Positions 20,401-30,917 of a stretch of 64,000 bases of DNA are shown one piece after another (position 1 is the stretch's first letter; each line of letters opens with the position of its first letter). This stretch comes from an uncultured Clostridia bacterium (GTDB lineage Bacteria; Bacillota; Clostridia; TANB77; CAG-508). A program made the translations under genes and the position numbers. Under the pieces are notes generated by a model. It saw nothing but the letters and a program-made list of their open reading frames with translations, made no database searches and was not told the DNA's origin. The DNA lies in NCBI GenBank assembly GCA_947626815.1, contig CANQTN010000007.1:7880-71879 (forward strand), given 5' to 3'.

Positions 20401-22540
20401 AAAAGCTGTACCAATAGCAGTTAGCATAGAAAGCTTAACAGATGAAAATGCAAAAACAGTAGAAAATGAATATGTATTTTATAATTTCCAAGTAAAGAAT
20501 TTAACTAATAAAGACATAAGTGGTGCTACAATACAAATATTAACAGATGGATTAAAACATTTAGAGGACAGTAGTGAAAATGAAATTAAATCAGGAGATG
20601 TTGTAGAAGAACTTGAAGAAACTAAAGAAGAAAAAGAAAATAAAATAAAAATAGTTGAAAACACAGGAAATGTAGTAAAAATATCACTTCCAACAATAAA
20701 AGCTCAAACTGCAGTATCTTTAGATTTAGACTTTAAAGCTGACGAAATACCAGATAATGAAATAACAAAAAATAGTACAATTTATAGTACAGTAGAACTA
20801 GAAAATAATAAATATTATTCAAACTTCATAACAAGAGAAATAAAAAGAAATAACCCTACTGTAACAGGTGTACAATATTCAAATATGCAAGATAAAGAAA
20901 TAAAACAAGGGGATAAAATTACTTATACGGCAGAACTAGAAAATAAAGATCAAATTTTAGCTGCAGAACCTATGGAAATTTTGCATGAAGTAACAGAAGG
21001 AAATGCTAAAATAGAAAGTGCATATATTAAAAAAGAAAACGGAGAAAAAATACCAATAGAAATTGCAAAAAGAAATAGTGTAGATACAACATATATATTA
21101 AAACAAGGAGAAAAAATTGAATATGTAGCAGAAGTCTTAATATGTGACAATGATGAAAACCCTAGTGCAAATCTTGAAGACACAGTAAACAGTAAAATAG
21201 ATGTAATGTACAATATAGGTGGAGTATTGGAATTAAATGAATTAAAAAATACAATGGCAGAAGAAACTAATCAAGAAAAAGAAGACGAAGACATTAATCC
21301 AAGTGAGGAAAATCCAACTGAACCTAATAAACCAAATGAAAATGATAACAATAAGGACAATAACAACAACAATAATAATAACAACAATAATAATAACAAT
21401 AACGATAATAATAACAACAATAATAATAACAACAATAATAATAACAACAATAATAACAATAACAATAATAACAACAATAATAATAATAATAACAATAATA
21501 ATAACAACAATAATAGTAATAACAATAATAACAACAATGCTGAAAATAATAATTTAGAAAAACACAATATTTCAGGAATAGCTTGGATAGATGAAAATAA
21601 AAATGGAATAAGAGACAATAATGAAAAAAGAATGGCAAATATAAATGTAGAATTAATAAATACGATAACAGGAGAAACTGTAACAAATAAAACAACAAAT
21701 GGAGAAGGAAGTTATAAATTCACAGATATTGTAACAGGAAACTATATAATTGTATTTAATTATGATGATACACATTATCAAGTAACAAATTACAAAATTC
21801 AAAGTGCAGGAGAAAATAAAGACTCAAATGTAATAAGAAAAGAATTAAATGGAAAAGTTGTTGCTGCAACAGATACATTAACACTAACTAATAAAGATCT
21901 TGAAAATATGGATGCAGGTTTTGCACCAGTTGAAGATTTTGACTTTAGACTAGACAAGTCAATAGTTAGAGTTATTGTTCAAAATGCAGAAGGAACAAAA
22001 AAAGTTGAATACAACAAAACAAAATTAGCAAAAGTAGAAATACCAGGAAAATATGTAGCAAATAGTATGGTTATTGTAGAATATACTATACAAGTTACAA
22101 ATGAAGGAAAATTACCAGGATATGTAGATGAAGTTGTTGACTACATGCCAAAAGATTTACAATTTAATTCAGAAATAAACAAAGATTGGTATATAGGAAC
22201 AGATGGAAACTTACATAATATTAGTTTAGCAAATACTCAAATTAAAGCAGGAGAAAGCAAAGAATTAAAATTAACATTAATGAAACAAATGACATTAGAT
22301 AATACAGGAACAAGTAAAAATATTGCAGAAATTGGAAAATTAAGTAATGACCAATCAATTGCAGATAAAGATTCAACAGCTAATAATAGAAAAGATGGAG
22401 AAGATGATATAAGTACAGCAGAACTATTAATATCTGTAAAAACAGGTGTGTTTACAATATCTGTAGGAGCAATAAGTATTTTAATTTTAACAGGTTTAGC
22501 ATTTGTGATTTATATGAAAAAAAAGGAAGGGGGAAAATAA
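17468..22540 (+). CDS. Giant secreted surface protein (1690 aa), paralog of the 5016-10166 protein
   Basis: Same architecture throughout: signal peptide, then a poly-Asn/Asp linker at 21340-21540, then SdrD-B-like and DUF11-like segments. C-terminus LLISVKTGVFTISVGAISILILTGLAFVIYMKKKEGGK. Confidence 0.85.
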   Translation: MKEKITKIFTVISLITVLLGVDLIFTGVKAVEALSETNVENITFDAYLKDGEKETYSKTAIISQGEKIYINIALAKTGAIQDGKIKIEDANFKIQPIENQYIKNVNSDTNEIELNEIIVGHDVKIEIPIKFEKTAQMNKDYISQEAKVKFSGNYHDNNRKKAVKGEKKISINWKETAEVEIEQNIEKYINLSETTLIQEKINTKMENNILVNGKTITTKVPQIEGNLPEEVEVLVNGTKANIENYNYDKEKRTITITNKKIDTKEDEYKVIYQYKQPIQQEKLQMELNTKVEVSHYTDEKIEKEKSDTIEVQKTNNKVSIKNIASDTLYKGYMYTGKRNTNYTDKIEIEISTLEDISEIEIKNFNDNFKNASEAIKPVNNSTYIKEIKFTKENLENILGKNFEIKITGENDKELATVKPDSNWDKGSIAISLEEQEIEKIKIKTSKPEKIGTLKIEINKYVKESAGYNREQLKTFTKLENTKTILVNDIEIPANSVSKLEDTIAESKIEINKSRLSTYSKNENVQISAILKSNSEKHDLYKNPYIEIRLPEELEEININSTNILYADGLQIKSAQYNNDTKAIQIQFEGEQNDFRTNVEEGIQVTINANLSFRKNMASKETAISMIYRNENRNGEQNETSTKVKLTSKYGAIWYNNISGYNQENTTIESTGEKLIEAELEPNESEKHPIVKQSFINNYESPIDSITIIGNLGGEDSEKEGIESNFETNLIQNVAVSGASVKISYSNKENAEKDDESWQENITNLQDVKSYKIELEKELQPAEKIDIAYQLNIPQSVGEGAKTYQVTKATYNYNGQNLSNTSAISLASEGTKIEGEKSENGGIKTEIAVISGNKEIKEGEEIPEGQAIKYTINITNNTGKDLTNLKMIAEHTNAIYYIQEEKEAELTNSEIPEIMQYTRKNEEATNITKTKENIKNGETVKFVYDIEPRRKDGDETVGTIKIYADNLKEQQVQTIKNKIKAVPIAVSIESLTDENAKTVENEYVFYNFQVKNLTNKDISGATIQILTDGLKHLEDSSENEIKSGDVVEELEETKEEKENKIKIVENTGNVVKISLPTIKAQTAVSLDLDFKADEIPDNEITKNSTIYSTVELENNKYYSNFITREIKRNNPTVTGVQYSNMQDKEIKQGDKITYTAELENKDQILAAEPMEILHEVTEGNAKIESAYIKKENGEKIPIEIAKRNSVDTTYILKQGEKIEYVAEVLICDNDENPSANLEDTVNSKIDVMYNIGGVLELNELKNTMAEETNQEKEDEDINPSEENPTEPNKPNENDNNKDNNNNNNNNNNNNNNNDNNNNNNNNNNNNNNNNNNNNNNNNNNNNNNNNNNNNSNNNNNNNAENNNLEKHNISGIAWIDENKNGIRDNNEKRMANINVELINTITGETVTNKTTNGEGSYKFTDIVTGNYIIVFNYDDTHYQVTNYKIQSAGENKDSNVIRKELNGKVVAATDTLTLTNKDLENMDAGFAPVEDFDFRLDKSIVRVIVQNAEGTKKVEYNKTKLAKVEIPGKYVANSMVIVEYTIQVTNEGKLPGYVDEVVDYMPKDLQFNSEINKDWYIGTDGNLHNISLANTQIKAGESKELKLTLMKQMTLDNTGTSKNIAEIGKLSNDQSIADKDSTANNRKDGEDDISTAELLISVKTGVFTISVGAISILILTGLAFVIYMKKKEGGK

Positions 22541-22541
22541 G

Positions 22542-25500
22542 ATGAATTTAAAAACTAAAATAATGAAAATTTTATTATTAATATTATTGCTAATCTTTAT
22601 TTTCGGAACTTTCTTGACAAATGTAATATGTGCAGAAAATTCTATTGGAGATTATACTAGTTGGAAAAGTTTACAATATGCAGCAGCAGATGGCGATGAC
22701 GCATATTTTGCAGGTAGCACTAAAGATTTAATGAGCAAGAAAAGAGTTTTTAAAAATACTAAAGGCACTGACATGGGAGTTTTCCATCCAGGAGATGTTT
22801 GTATTGCACCAGGTAATCATGCAAATCCAGAGTGGTTACAACCAACATGTGTTATGGATATTGATGAAGATGGAACAGTTACAACCTCTTGGCTAAATAG
22901 TAATAAAATGATAACAAGAACAATAAAATATAATAGTGGAGATACTGAAGCCGAAAAAGAAAAAAGAAATCAAGCATTAGAAGTTGCTTACATTTATTGC
23001 TATTTTTCATATATGGCAAGAAATGAAAAAACACCATACCCTAGTGGAAGTTGTGGAACATATCAGGAACAAATAAGAAAAATTAATGCAAGTACATATT
23101 TTACAGAATACATGCATGGTGTTTTTGGAGTTCCATTGTACTTTTGTAGCAGTTTTGAAGGACAAGTAAAAGGAACAAATACAATTAATAAATTAAGTGA
23201 AGCAAAAAAGGCAATTAGTGAAAAACAATATTATGGAAGACTTGTATTTTTAAAAGGAAAACCAAGTAATGGAAGTTTTCAACATTACAATGATAATAAA
23301 TATTCAACAAAATGGGTAGACGGACAATGTAACTTAATTTATGGTGCAAAAACAATGGACAACAAATCAATAACAATAAAGAAAGTAGAGGCTGGTAATG
23401 AACAAGTAACATTAAAAGGTGCAGAATATAATATTTATCATATAAAATCAAATAATCAAGAAGAACTAATTGCTAAAAATGTAACAACTAATCAAAGCGG
23501 AATTTATAAATTTACAGACAAAACTAAATTAACAATAGGAGATAAATATCGTGTAGAAGAAGTAAAAGCACCAACAGGATACTTTTTACCAGATTCACCT
23601 TCACAAACATTTACATTAGATACATATAATAAAGAAGTTACATTTAAAGATGTAAAGAAACCAATAATTAAAATATATAAAAAAGATTCAAAAGATGGAT
23701 CAGCTCTTAAAGGAGCAAAATTTGGAATTTACCCAACATCAGAATGTAAACAAGAAGATAGGATAGTAGGAGGAACTACAAATGATAGTGGTGAAATAAC
23801 AATCAAAAATGCAGAAGGCAAACTAAAAGTAAACGAAACATATTATATAAAAGAAGAAAAAGCACCAGATGGATATATAAAAGCAGATCCTGATACGGCA
23901 AAAATAGGTCCTTTAGTATCAGGTGATAATACTGTAACTTTTGAAAATACAAAAATACCAAAAATAAAAATATATAAAAAAGATTCAGAAGATGGATCAG
24001 CTCTTCTAGGAGCAAAATTTGGAATTTATCCAACATCAGAATGTAAAAAAGAAGAGAGAATAGGTGGAGGAACTACAAATGAACAAGGTGAATTAGTAAT
24101 ACAAAATAGCAAATTTGAATTAGAAAAAGAATATTGGGTAAAAGAAGAAAAAGCACCAGATGGATATATAAAGGCAGATCCTGATACAGCAAAAATAGGT
24201 CCTTTACAACCAGGCGAAAATCAAAAAAATAATGTAATTTTAAAAAATACGAAAATACCAAAAATAAAAATTTACAAAAGAGATGAAGACACAGATGAAT
24301 TACTTCCAGGAGCAGAATTTGGAATTTATCCAACATCAGAATGTAAACAAGAAGAGAGAATAGGTGGAGGAACTACAAATGCTCAAGGTGTATTATTAAT
24401 AGAAAATGAAGATAACAAATTTAAACTAGAACAAGAATATTGGGTAAAAGAAGAAAAAGAACCAGCTGGATATGCAATGGCAGACCCTAATATACAAAAA
24501 ATTGGAAAATTAAAACCAGGTGATGGTAAAGATGGAAGTAACGAAGTAACTTTCAAAAACAAAAAGATAACATTTTCAATAGTTAAAGTAGAAGAAGGAA
24601 AAGAATTTCACAGAGTACAAGGAGCACACTTTAAAGTATACTCAGATGCAGCACTAACAAATTTAGTTATAGAAGGAACTACAGATGAAAATGGAGAAAT
24701 TATAATAAAAGAAGGACTAAAAGAAGGTAAGAAATATTATATACAAGAAACACAAGCACCAACAGGATACAAAATAAATGAAACTATAGTTGAAGTAACA
24801 TTACAAAAAGGTGCAAATATAATAAAAATGACAGACCCAAAACTACCAGATTATATATACAAATATGCAAAAGACACTAATTTACAATATCCAGTAGCAA
24901 ATGTAACAATAGGATATAAAAACTGGACACCAGATAATGAAAATTATACACATGCACCACAAGATTCAGATAAACCAAAAGATAAATCAGAATATGAAAC
25001 AGAAGAAAATTATCAAAGAGCAGTAGATGCATACAATGATTGGGTAGATGCATATAACCATTATATGAATTCACGAGGTAAGGATGAACAAGGTAAAGAT
25101 AAATATATAGCAATAGGTGTAACAGATGATGAGGGAAAAGTAGAAATAGATGGAAGTAAATTAAGAGAAGATGGAACATATGAAATATGGGAAATTGAAA
25201 GTGGAAATAAATATTTCCAAATTGATGGACCAGTACAAAAAATAGGAGGACAAGAAGGACATAAACCATATGCAAAAGAAAAAGAATATATTGAAAACCC
25301 AAGAACTCATGAAGACATTGAAGGATGGGTATGGGTAGAAGATGTACCAAAAAATGAACAACCAAATAACATAAAGGCAGGAGATGAAGGAGAAAGACTA
25401 GTAAATGGGGCATTAGTTGAATTAAAAACAAAAGATGGACAAATAGTATTAGCCGAAGATGGAACAGAAATGAAAATGGTTACAGGTTCAATGCCAGATA

Positions 25501-28500
25501 AAGGAGACGGATATTACAGATTTGATTTACTAGAAGTATCAAAAATAGAAAATGATGAATATAAAATAGAAATCACATACAATGGTTTACTATATAAATC
25601 AATACCAGTAAAAGATCTAGAAGCAAGAATGCCAGATGTTACAGGAAGTTCAAAATTATCAGATATACCAGCAAAAAGAGAAGAAATAAATAAAAAATAT
25701 TCAACAATAACTAAAAATAGTAAAAAACAAAATGAAAATGACAGTGACGGAATATTATATGATACAACTACAGATTATGAAAGTAGAAGAATATGTGACA
25801 CAACATATCAAGGATTAACAGATGAAGGAGCAGCATGTGTACAGTCTACAACAACAGGATTCAACATAACAGCAGATACAGAAACATCTGGATATAAATT
25901 AAAAAATAGTTATAATCCAGCATATGATTGCATAACAAATATCAATTTAGGATTAAGCAGAATAGAAGAACCAAACCTAATATTAGAAAAAGATTTAGCA
26001 ACAGTAACAGTAACAATTAATGGTGAAGAACATATTTACCAATATGGAGACAAAGATAAAATACTATTAGAAGAATTCCTTAAGAGTGGAGATATACAAC
26101 AGCCAGAAAACGAAAATGATGTAGCATCAATATATGATTTAGAGCCAAAAGTAAGAATGGGAGAAAAATATGGAAGTTTATCTTACACAAGAGCATTAGC
26201 AGCATCAGATATAAAATATAATGATGATGAATATGGAGATGTTCCAAAAGACAAAGAATTAGAAGTAACAGCAACATATAAAATAGGAATTTGCAATGAC
26301 TCATTGAGTAGAAAAATGAGAGTAAATGAATTAATAGAATACTGTGACGAAAAATATGATCCAACTACAATTGAAGTTTTCAGAAAGGCGGAAGATGGTT
26401 CTGAACAGGCAATTGAAGCAACAGCAGAAGGTACAGTATCATCTACTACAAGAGCAAGACAATATAATAAATTAAGAATAAAAAATCTAAACATGGAAAT
26501 TGAACCAAAAACAGGTGGTAATATTGATAAAACTATTTATGTAAGAGCAAAAGTTAGAAAAGATAAAATAATTGAATTAATTGACAAAAATGAAGAAAAT
26601 AACGGAACTGTAGAAATGGATAATTTTGCTGAAATAGCATCATATACTACAATGGAATTAGATGGAACAGAAGTTGCAGGTATAGACATAAATTCACAAC
26701 CAGAAAACTTAGAAATAGATAATACAAAAACATATGAAGATGATTCAAACAAAGCACCAGACTTTAAGTTAGTATTACAAGAAGCAAGAACTATTTCTGG
26801 AACAGTATTTATAGACAAATCTTTAAATAGTGAAAACGAAGTAGTAACAGGAGAAGTTAGAGAAGGAGATGGAACCTTTAATGAAGGCGAAGTTGGATTA
26901 GCTGAAGTACCAATTAAACTATATATTAATAGATATACAAATACAAATGGAAATAATAAAGATGAGAATATGTGGCAAAAAGAAATAGGAGAATGGGAAC
27001 AAGCAAAAAGATATAATCAAACAACAGGTGGACCAGGTACTTGGATCAATGCAGAAGCAAAAACAGATAGTAACGGAAACTTCTCAATTACAGGACTTAT
27101 ACCAGGAGATTATAAATTAGTATATACATGGGGAGGACAAACATACGAATTAAATGGAAATTCTGAAAAAGTAAGGGTTCAAGATTATAAAGCAACAATT
27201 GTAAATGAACAAGTTCATACATTAAAAGAAAATGCGGAAAACAAAAATAAATGGTATAAAAATGAATTTAAACAAGCAAATGGAGAATGGGAAGGAGACC
27301 CAGCAACAGGTAAAGAAATAAGAAAATCTGATGCAACAGACGATTATAATAAAAGAAAACTTATAGATGATCAAAGTAGTATAATGACATACTATAATAA
27401 AGAAATAATAAAAGAACAAGATACAACAAAAGAATTAGAAGTAAAAGAAGCACCTATAAGTAATACATTAATAACACAAATGGATTCAATAACACCATTA
27501 TTTAACATAGGAGTAGAATACTATGACAATGGTAAGGCACCAGCAGTAGCAGATGAGTATGAAACAGATGCAGATGGAAACCTAGTTCCTGAAGACGGCA
27601 TATGTGCATTTAAGAAGAAAGAACCATATAGAAACCATTTAAAGAGTATAGACCTTGGAATAACACAAAGAGCAAAACAAAAAATAGAATTACACAAAGA
27701 AATTAAAAATGTAAAATCTCTATCAGCAACTGGTAATATATTAGCAGAAGCAAATAGAAATAATACATTAGAAGAAATGACAACAAATAATGGCTTTAGA
27801 TATTTCAAAGAAGAAAAAGGAATTATAGGTTCAGGAACATTAGAATATGAAGTTGATAATGAAATAGTACAAAGTGCTCAATTAGCAGTTCAATATGAAT
27901 TTACAATAACTAATGTAGGAGAAGTAGAATATCAGACAGAACAATTCTATAAATATGGAAATGCATGTAGTAATGAATATAAAACAAACATAGTACAATT
28001 AAATGCACAAGGAATAATAGATTATATAGATAATGGAGTTAGAACAGGTATGGACTATGATGAATGGAAAATATTTGCAAAAGACCAATATAGAGATAAT
28101 CTATATAATCCAGATGAAATTCAAAAACAATTATTAACTCCAGATATAGAAACCTATTTAACTACTAAAGAAAATGTATTGTTAAAAGATGATTTATCTA
28201 GAGAAGAAGCAAAATGGTTAGATCCTATTAACAATAAACAAACAAAAGAATACTTAGAATGTAGTAGATTATTACCAAATACAGATGATGATGTGTCATT
28301 CGCAAATGATGCAGAACTAATAAGAATAGAAAAACGAGGAGGAGCAACATTAGTTACAACACCAGGAAATTATATACCAACTAATTCAGACACAGGAGAA
28401 AGTGATAATGATACATCAGAGGAAATAACAGTAACGTCACCAAGTGGTGGAAACAAGAATTACATAACAACAGGTTTATTAGCAATAAGTTCATTAGCAG

Positions 28501-28550
28501 TATTAGCAGCAGGAGTAATAATAATAAAGAAATATGTAATATCAAAATAA
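22542..28550 (+). CDS. Giant Cys-rich secreted surface protein (2002 aa), intact fused counterpart of the 10168+10904 genes
   Basis: Signal peptide plus Cys-rich N-domain. Three Cna-B-type repeats (KIYKKDS.DGSAL.GAKFGIYPTSECK..ERI.GGTTN). Long region conserved with the 10904 protein. C-terminus VTSPSGGNKNYITTGLLAISSLAVLAAGVIIIKKYVISK. Starts 2 nt after the 17468 gene stop. Confidence 0.85.
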   Translation: MNLKTKIMKILLLILLLIFIFGTFLTNVICAENSIGDYTSWKSLQYAAADGDDAYFAGSTKDLMSKKRVFKNTKGTDMGVFHPGDVCIAPGNHANPEWLQPTCVMDIDEDGTVTTSWLNSNKMITRTIKYNSGDTEAEKEKRNQALEVAYIYCYFSYMARNEKTPYPSGSCGTYQEQIRKINASTYFTEYMHGVFGVPLYFCSSFEGQVKGTNTINKLSEAKKAISEKQYYGRLVFLKGKPSNGSFQHYNDNKYSTKWVDGQCNLIYGAKTMDNKSITIKKVEAGNEQVTLKGAEYNIYHIKSNNQEELIAKNVTTNQSGIYKFTDKTKLTIGDKYRVEEVKAPTGYFLPDSPSQTFTLDTYNKEVTFKDVKKPIIKIYKKDSKDGSALKGAKFGIYPTSECKQEDRIVGGTTNDSGEITIKNAEGKLKVNETYYIKEEKAPDGYIKADPDTAKIGPLVSGDNTVTFENTKIPKIKIYKKDSEDGSALLGAKFGIYPTSECKKEERIGGGTTNEQGELVIQNSKFELEKEYWVKEEKAPDGYIKADPDTAKIGPLQPGENQKNNVILKNTKIPKIKIYKRDEDTDELLPGAEFGIYPTSECKQEERIGGGTTNAQGVLLIENEDNKFKLEQEYWVKEEKEPAGYAMADPNIQKIGKLKPGDGKDGSNEVTFKNKKITFSIVKVEEGKEFHRVQGAHFKVYSDAALTNLVIEGTTDENGEIIIKEGLKEGKKYYIQETQAPTGYKINETIVEVTLQKGANIIKMTDPKLPDYIYKYAKDTNLQYPVANVTIGYKNWTPDNENYTHAPQDSDKPKDKSEYETEENYQRAVDAYNDWVDAYNHYMNSRGKDEQGKDKYIAIGVTDDEGKVEIDGSKLREDGTYEIWEIESGNKYFQIDGPVQKIGGQEGHKPYAKEKEYIENPRTHEDIEGWVWVEDVPKNEQPNNIKAGDEGERLVNGALVELKTKDGQIVLAEDGTEMKMVTGSMPDKGDGYYRFDLLEVSKIENDEYKIEITYNGLLYKSIPVKDLEARMPDVTGSSKLSDIPAKREEINKKYSTITKNSKKQNENDSDGILYDTTTDYESRRICDTTYQGLTDEGAACVQSTTTGFNITADTETSGYKLKNSYNPAYDCITNINLGLSRIEEPNLILEKDLATVTVTINGEEHIYQYGDKDKILLEEFLKSGDIQQPENENDVASIYDLEPKVRMGEKYGSLSYTRALAASDIKYNDDEYGDVPKDKELEVTATYKIGICNDSLSRKMRVNELIEYCDEKYDPTTIEVFRKAEDGSEQAIEATAEGTVSSTTRARQYNKLRIKNLNMEIEPKTGGNIDKTIYVRAKVRKDKIIELIDKNEENNGTVEMDNFAEIASYTTMELDGTEVAGIDINSQPENLEIDNTKTYEDDSNKAPDFKLVLQEARTISGTVFIDKSLNSENEVVTGEVREGDGTFNEGEVGLAEVPIKLYINRYTNTNGNNKDENMWQKEIGEWEQAKRYNQTTGGPGTWINAEAKTDSNGNFSITGLIPGDYKLVYTWGGQTYELNGNSEKVRVQDYKATIVNEQVHTLKENAENKNKWYKNEFKQANGEWEGDPATGKEIRKSDATDDYNKRKLIDDQSSIMTYYNKEIIKEQDTTKELEVKEAPISNTLITQMDSITPLFNIGVEYYDNGKAPAVADEYETDADGNLVPEDGICAFKKKEPYRNHLKSIDLGITQRAKQKIELHKEIKNVKSLSATGNILAEANRNNTLEEMTTNNGFRYFKEEKGIIGSGTLEYEVDNEIVQSAQLAVQYEFTITNVGEVEYQTEQFYKYGNACSNEYKTNIVQLNAQGIIDYIDNGVRTGMDYDEWKIFAKDQYRDNLYNPDEIQKQLLTPDIETYLTTKENVLLKDDLSREEAKWLDPINNKQTKEYLECSRLLPNTDDDVSFANDAELIRIEKRGGATLVTTPGNYIPTNSDTGESDNDTSEEITVTSPSGGNKNYITTGLLAISSLAVLAAGVIIIKKYVISK

Positions 28551-28582
28551 AAAAAATATCCCTAATTAGGGATATTTTTTTT
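28551..28582. terminator. Bidirectional terminator between convergent genes
   Basis: Perfect hairpin ATATCCCTA-ATT-AGGGATAT flanked by an A-run on one side and a T-run on the other. Confidence 0.7.
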
Positions 28583-30497
28583 ATTTTGATATATGCAAAG
28601 CTCTTAGTGAATTTAGAATAGAAATAATACAAACACCAACATCTGCAAAAACAGCTTCCCACATTGTAGATAAACCAAAAGCACTGAGCAATAGAACAAT
28701 AAATTTAACAATTAAAGAAAATATAATATTTTGTTTTATAATTTTCATAGTTTTTCGAGAAAGCTTAATAGAATCACTTAATTTTGAAGGTTCGTCAGTC
28801 ATAATAACAATATCAGCAGCTTCTATAGCACTATCTGAGCCTATTGCACCCATAGCAATTCCAACATCAGCTAAAGCTAAAACAGGGCTATCATTAATAC
28901 CATCACCAACAAAAGCAACATTATTGCGTTTTTTAATGCTTAATTTAGCATTTTTACCTTTTTTAGAACTACTAGATGATTTTGGATTTTGAGAAGTAGT
29001 AGAATTATTTAAATGATTAATAATTTTTTGCAATTTTTCAGCTTTATCATTTGGCAGTAATTCTGAATATACTTCATCAATATCTAATTGCTTAGCAATA
29101 TCATCAGCAACAGATTTTTTATCACCAGTAAGCATTACAATTTTTTTCACATTACATTTTCGTAAAGATTTAATAGCTTTAACAGCATCAGATTTTAACT
29201 TATCTGAAATTAATATATGCCCAACAAATTTATTATCAATAGCTATATACAAAATAGTTCCAGTTTTTTCACATTTATTAAAATCAATATTATATTTTTG
29301 CATTAATTTTTCATTACCAATTAAAACATCTTTATTGTCAAATGTTGACATTATTCCCAAACCAGAGAATTCTTTAATATCAGAAACCAAAGAGTCATCA
29401 ATATCTTTTCCATAGGCCTTTTTCAAAGATAAAGAAATAGGGTGAGTAGAATAATTTTCACTATAAGCAGCAATTTTCAACAATTCATCTTCAGAAATGC
29501 CAATAGGATGAATTTCTTGAACTTCAAAAGTTCCTTCAGTTAAAGTTCCAGTTTTATCAAATACAACAGTATTTGTATTAGCTAAAATTTCTAAATAATT
29601 ACCACCTTTAACTAAAACACCAATTTTAGCAGCACCACCAATTCCAGCGAAAAACCCTAAAGGAATAGAAATAACTAAAGAACAAGGACAAGATACTACT
29701 AAAAAAGTCAAAGCTCTATAACACCATTCTGCAAAAATTCCCCAATGAAAAACAAAAGAAGGAACAAAAGCTAAAGCTAAAGCAATTAATACAACAGCAG
29801 GAGTATAGTATTTTGCAAATTTTGTAATAAAATTTTCGGCTTTTGATTTTTTAGAACTAGCATTTTCAACCAAATCTAAAATTTTACTTACTGTAGATTC
29901 ACCAAAATTTTTTGTAACTTTAATAGTTAATGTACTAGAAGAATTAATACATCCACTAAGAACTACATCTCCCGAAGATACGCTTCTAGGTACAGATTCA
30001 CCAGTTAAACTAGAGGTATCTAACAAAGAAGAACCTTTCACAACCTTTCCATCTAAAGGAATTTTTTCACCAGGTCGTACCATAATAATATCTCCAATAT
30101 TAACTTCATTTGGAGAAACCTTTACAAATTTAGATTTACGTTTAACATTTGCAAAATCAGGTCTAATATCCATTAATGAGGTAATAGATTTTCGAGATTT
30201 ATCAGTAGCATAATCTTGAAGAGTTTCACCTATTTGATAAAGAAGCATAACAGTAACCGCCTCAGGAAATTCTCCAATAGCAAATGCACCTAAAGTAGCA
30301 ATAGACATAAGATATGTTTCATCAAAAAATAAACCTTTTAAAATATGTTTAAAAGCTTCAAAAACAACTTCAGCTCCAACAATAAGATAGCTTATAAAAA
30401 ACAAAAGATAATTAATCCATAATCTACTAAAAGGTACTAATAAAGCAATCAAAAAAACTATTAAACTTAAAACTATTTGAATTATTTTCTTTTTCAT
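28581..30497 (-). CDS. cadA: P1B-type heavy-metal (Cd/Zn/Co-type) translocating ATPase
   Basis: CPC motif in VVSCPCSLVISIP, phosphorylation site DKTGTLT, hinge VGDGINDSPVLALADVGIAMG. The eight-TM layout is typical of P1B ATPases. No N-terminal metal-binding domain. Confidence 0.9.
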   Translation of the reverse strand: MKKKIIQIVLSLIVFLIALLVPFSRLWINYLLFFISYLIVGAEVVFEAFKHILKGLFFDETYLMSIATLGAFAIGEFPEAVTVMLLYQIGETLQDYATDKSRKSITSLMDIRPDFANVKRKSKFVKVSPNEVNIGDIIMVRPGEKIPLDGKVVKGSSLLDTSSLTGESVPRSVSSGDVVLSGCINSSSTLTIKVTKNFGESTVSKILDLVENASSKKSKAENFITKFAKYYTPAVVLIALALAFVPSFVFHWGIFAEWCYRALTFLVVSCPCSLVISIPLGFFAGIGGAAKIGVLVKGGNYLEILANTNTVVFDKTGTLTEGTFEVQEIHPIGISEDELLKIAAYSENYSTHPISLSLKKAYGKDIDDSLVSDIKEFSGLGIMSTFDNKDVLIGNEKLMQKYNIDFNKCEKTGTILYIAIDNKFVGHILISDKLKSDAVKAIKSLRKCNVKKIVMLTGDKKSVADDIAKQLDIDEVYSELLPNDKAEKLQKIINHLNNSTTSQNPKSSSSSKKGKNAKLSIKKRNNVAFVGDGINDSPVLALADVGIAMGAIGSDSAIEAADIVIMTDEPSKLSDSIKLSRKTMKIIKQNIIFSLIVKFIVLLLSAFGLSTMWEAVFADVGVCIISILNSLRALHISK

Positions 30498-30503
30498 TTA
30501 AAA

Positions 30504-30887
30504 CTAATCCTCCAACAATAAATTTTTGCTTTTATGTTCAACATGTTCAATACCAACTTCAAATAATTGTTTTACATGCGAATCATCTAAAGTATAATAA
30601 ACTTCTTTTCCATCTTTTCTATATTTTACAATGCCAATTTTTCTTAAAGTGCTCAATTGATGAGAAATAGAAGACTTGCTCATACCCAAAACATTTGCAA
30701 TATCGCAAACACACATCTCATTTTGATCAAGGGCAAAAAGAATTTTAGTTCTAGTAACATCACCCAAAATCTTAAAAAATTGTGATAACTTAATAAATAA
30801 AAATTCATCTGGCATTTTTTTTATAGTTGAATCAACAACATCCTTATGAATAATATTACAATCGCAAACAAATTCATTTTTAGACAT
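30504..30887 (-). CDS. cadC: ArsR/SmtB-family metalloregulator (CadC-like)
   Basis: HTH MCVCDIANVLGMSKSSISHQLSTLRKIGIV. N-terminal Cys pair FVCDCN. Likely start is ATG at 30885-30887, which follows a GGGGG RBS. The ORF-track start at 30941 is probably too far upstream. Lies 7 nt upstream of cadA. Confidence 0.85.
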   Translation of the reverse strand: MSKNEFVCDCNIIHKDVVDSTIKKMPDEFLFIKLSQFFKILGDVTRTKILFALDQNEMCVCDIANVLGMSKSSISHQLSTLRKIGIVKYRKDGKEVYYTLDDSHVKQLFEVGIEHVEHKSKNLLLED

Positions 30888-30917
30888 AAAAAATCCCCCT
30901 TTAACAATATAATAATA

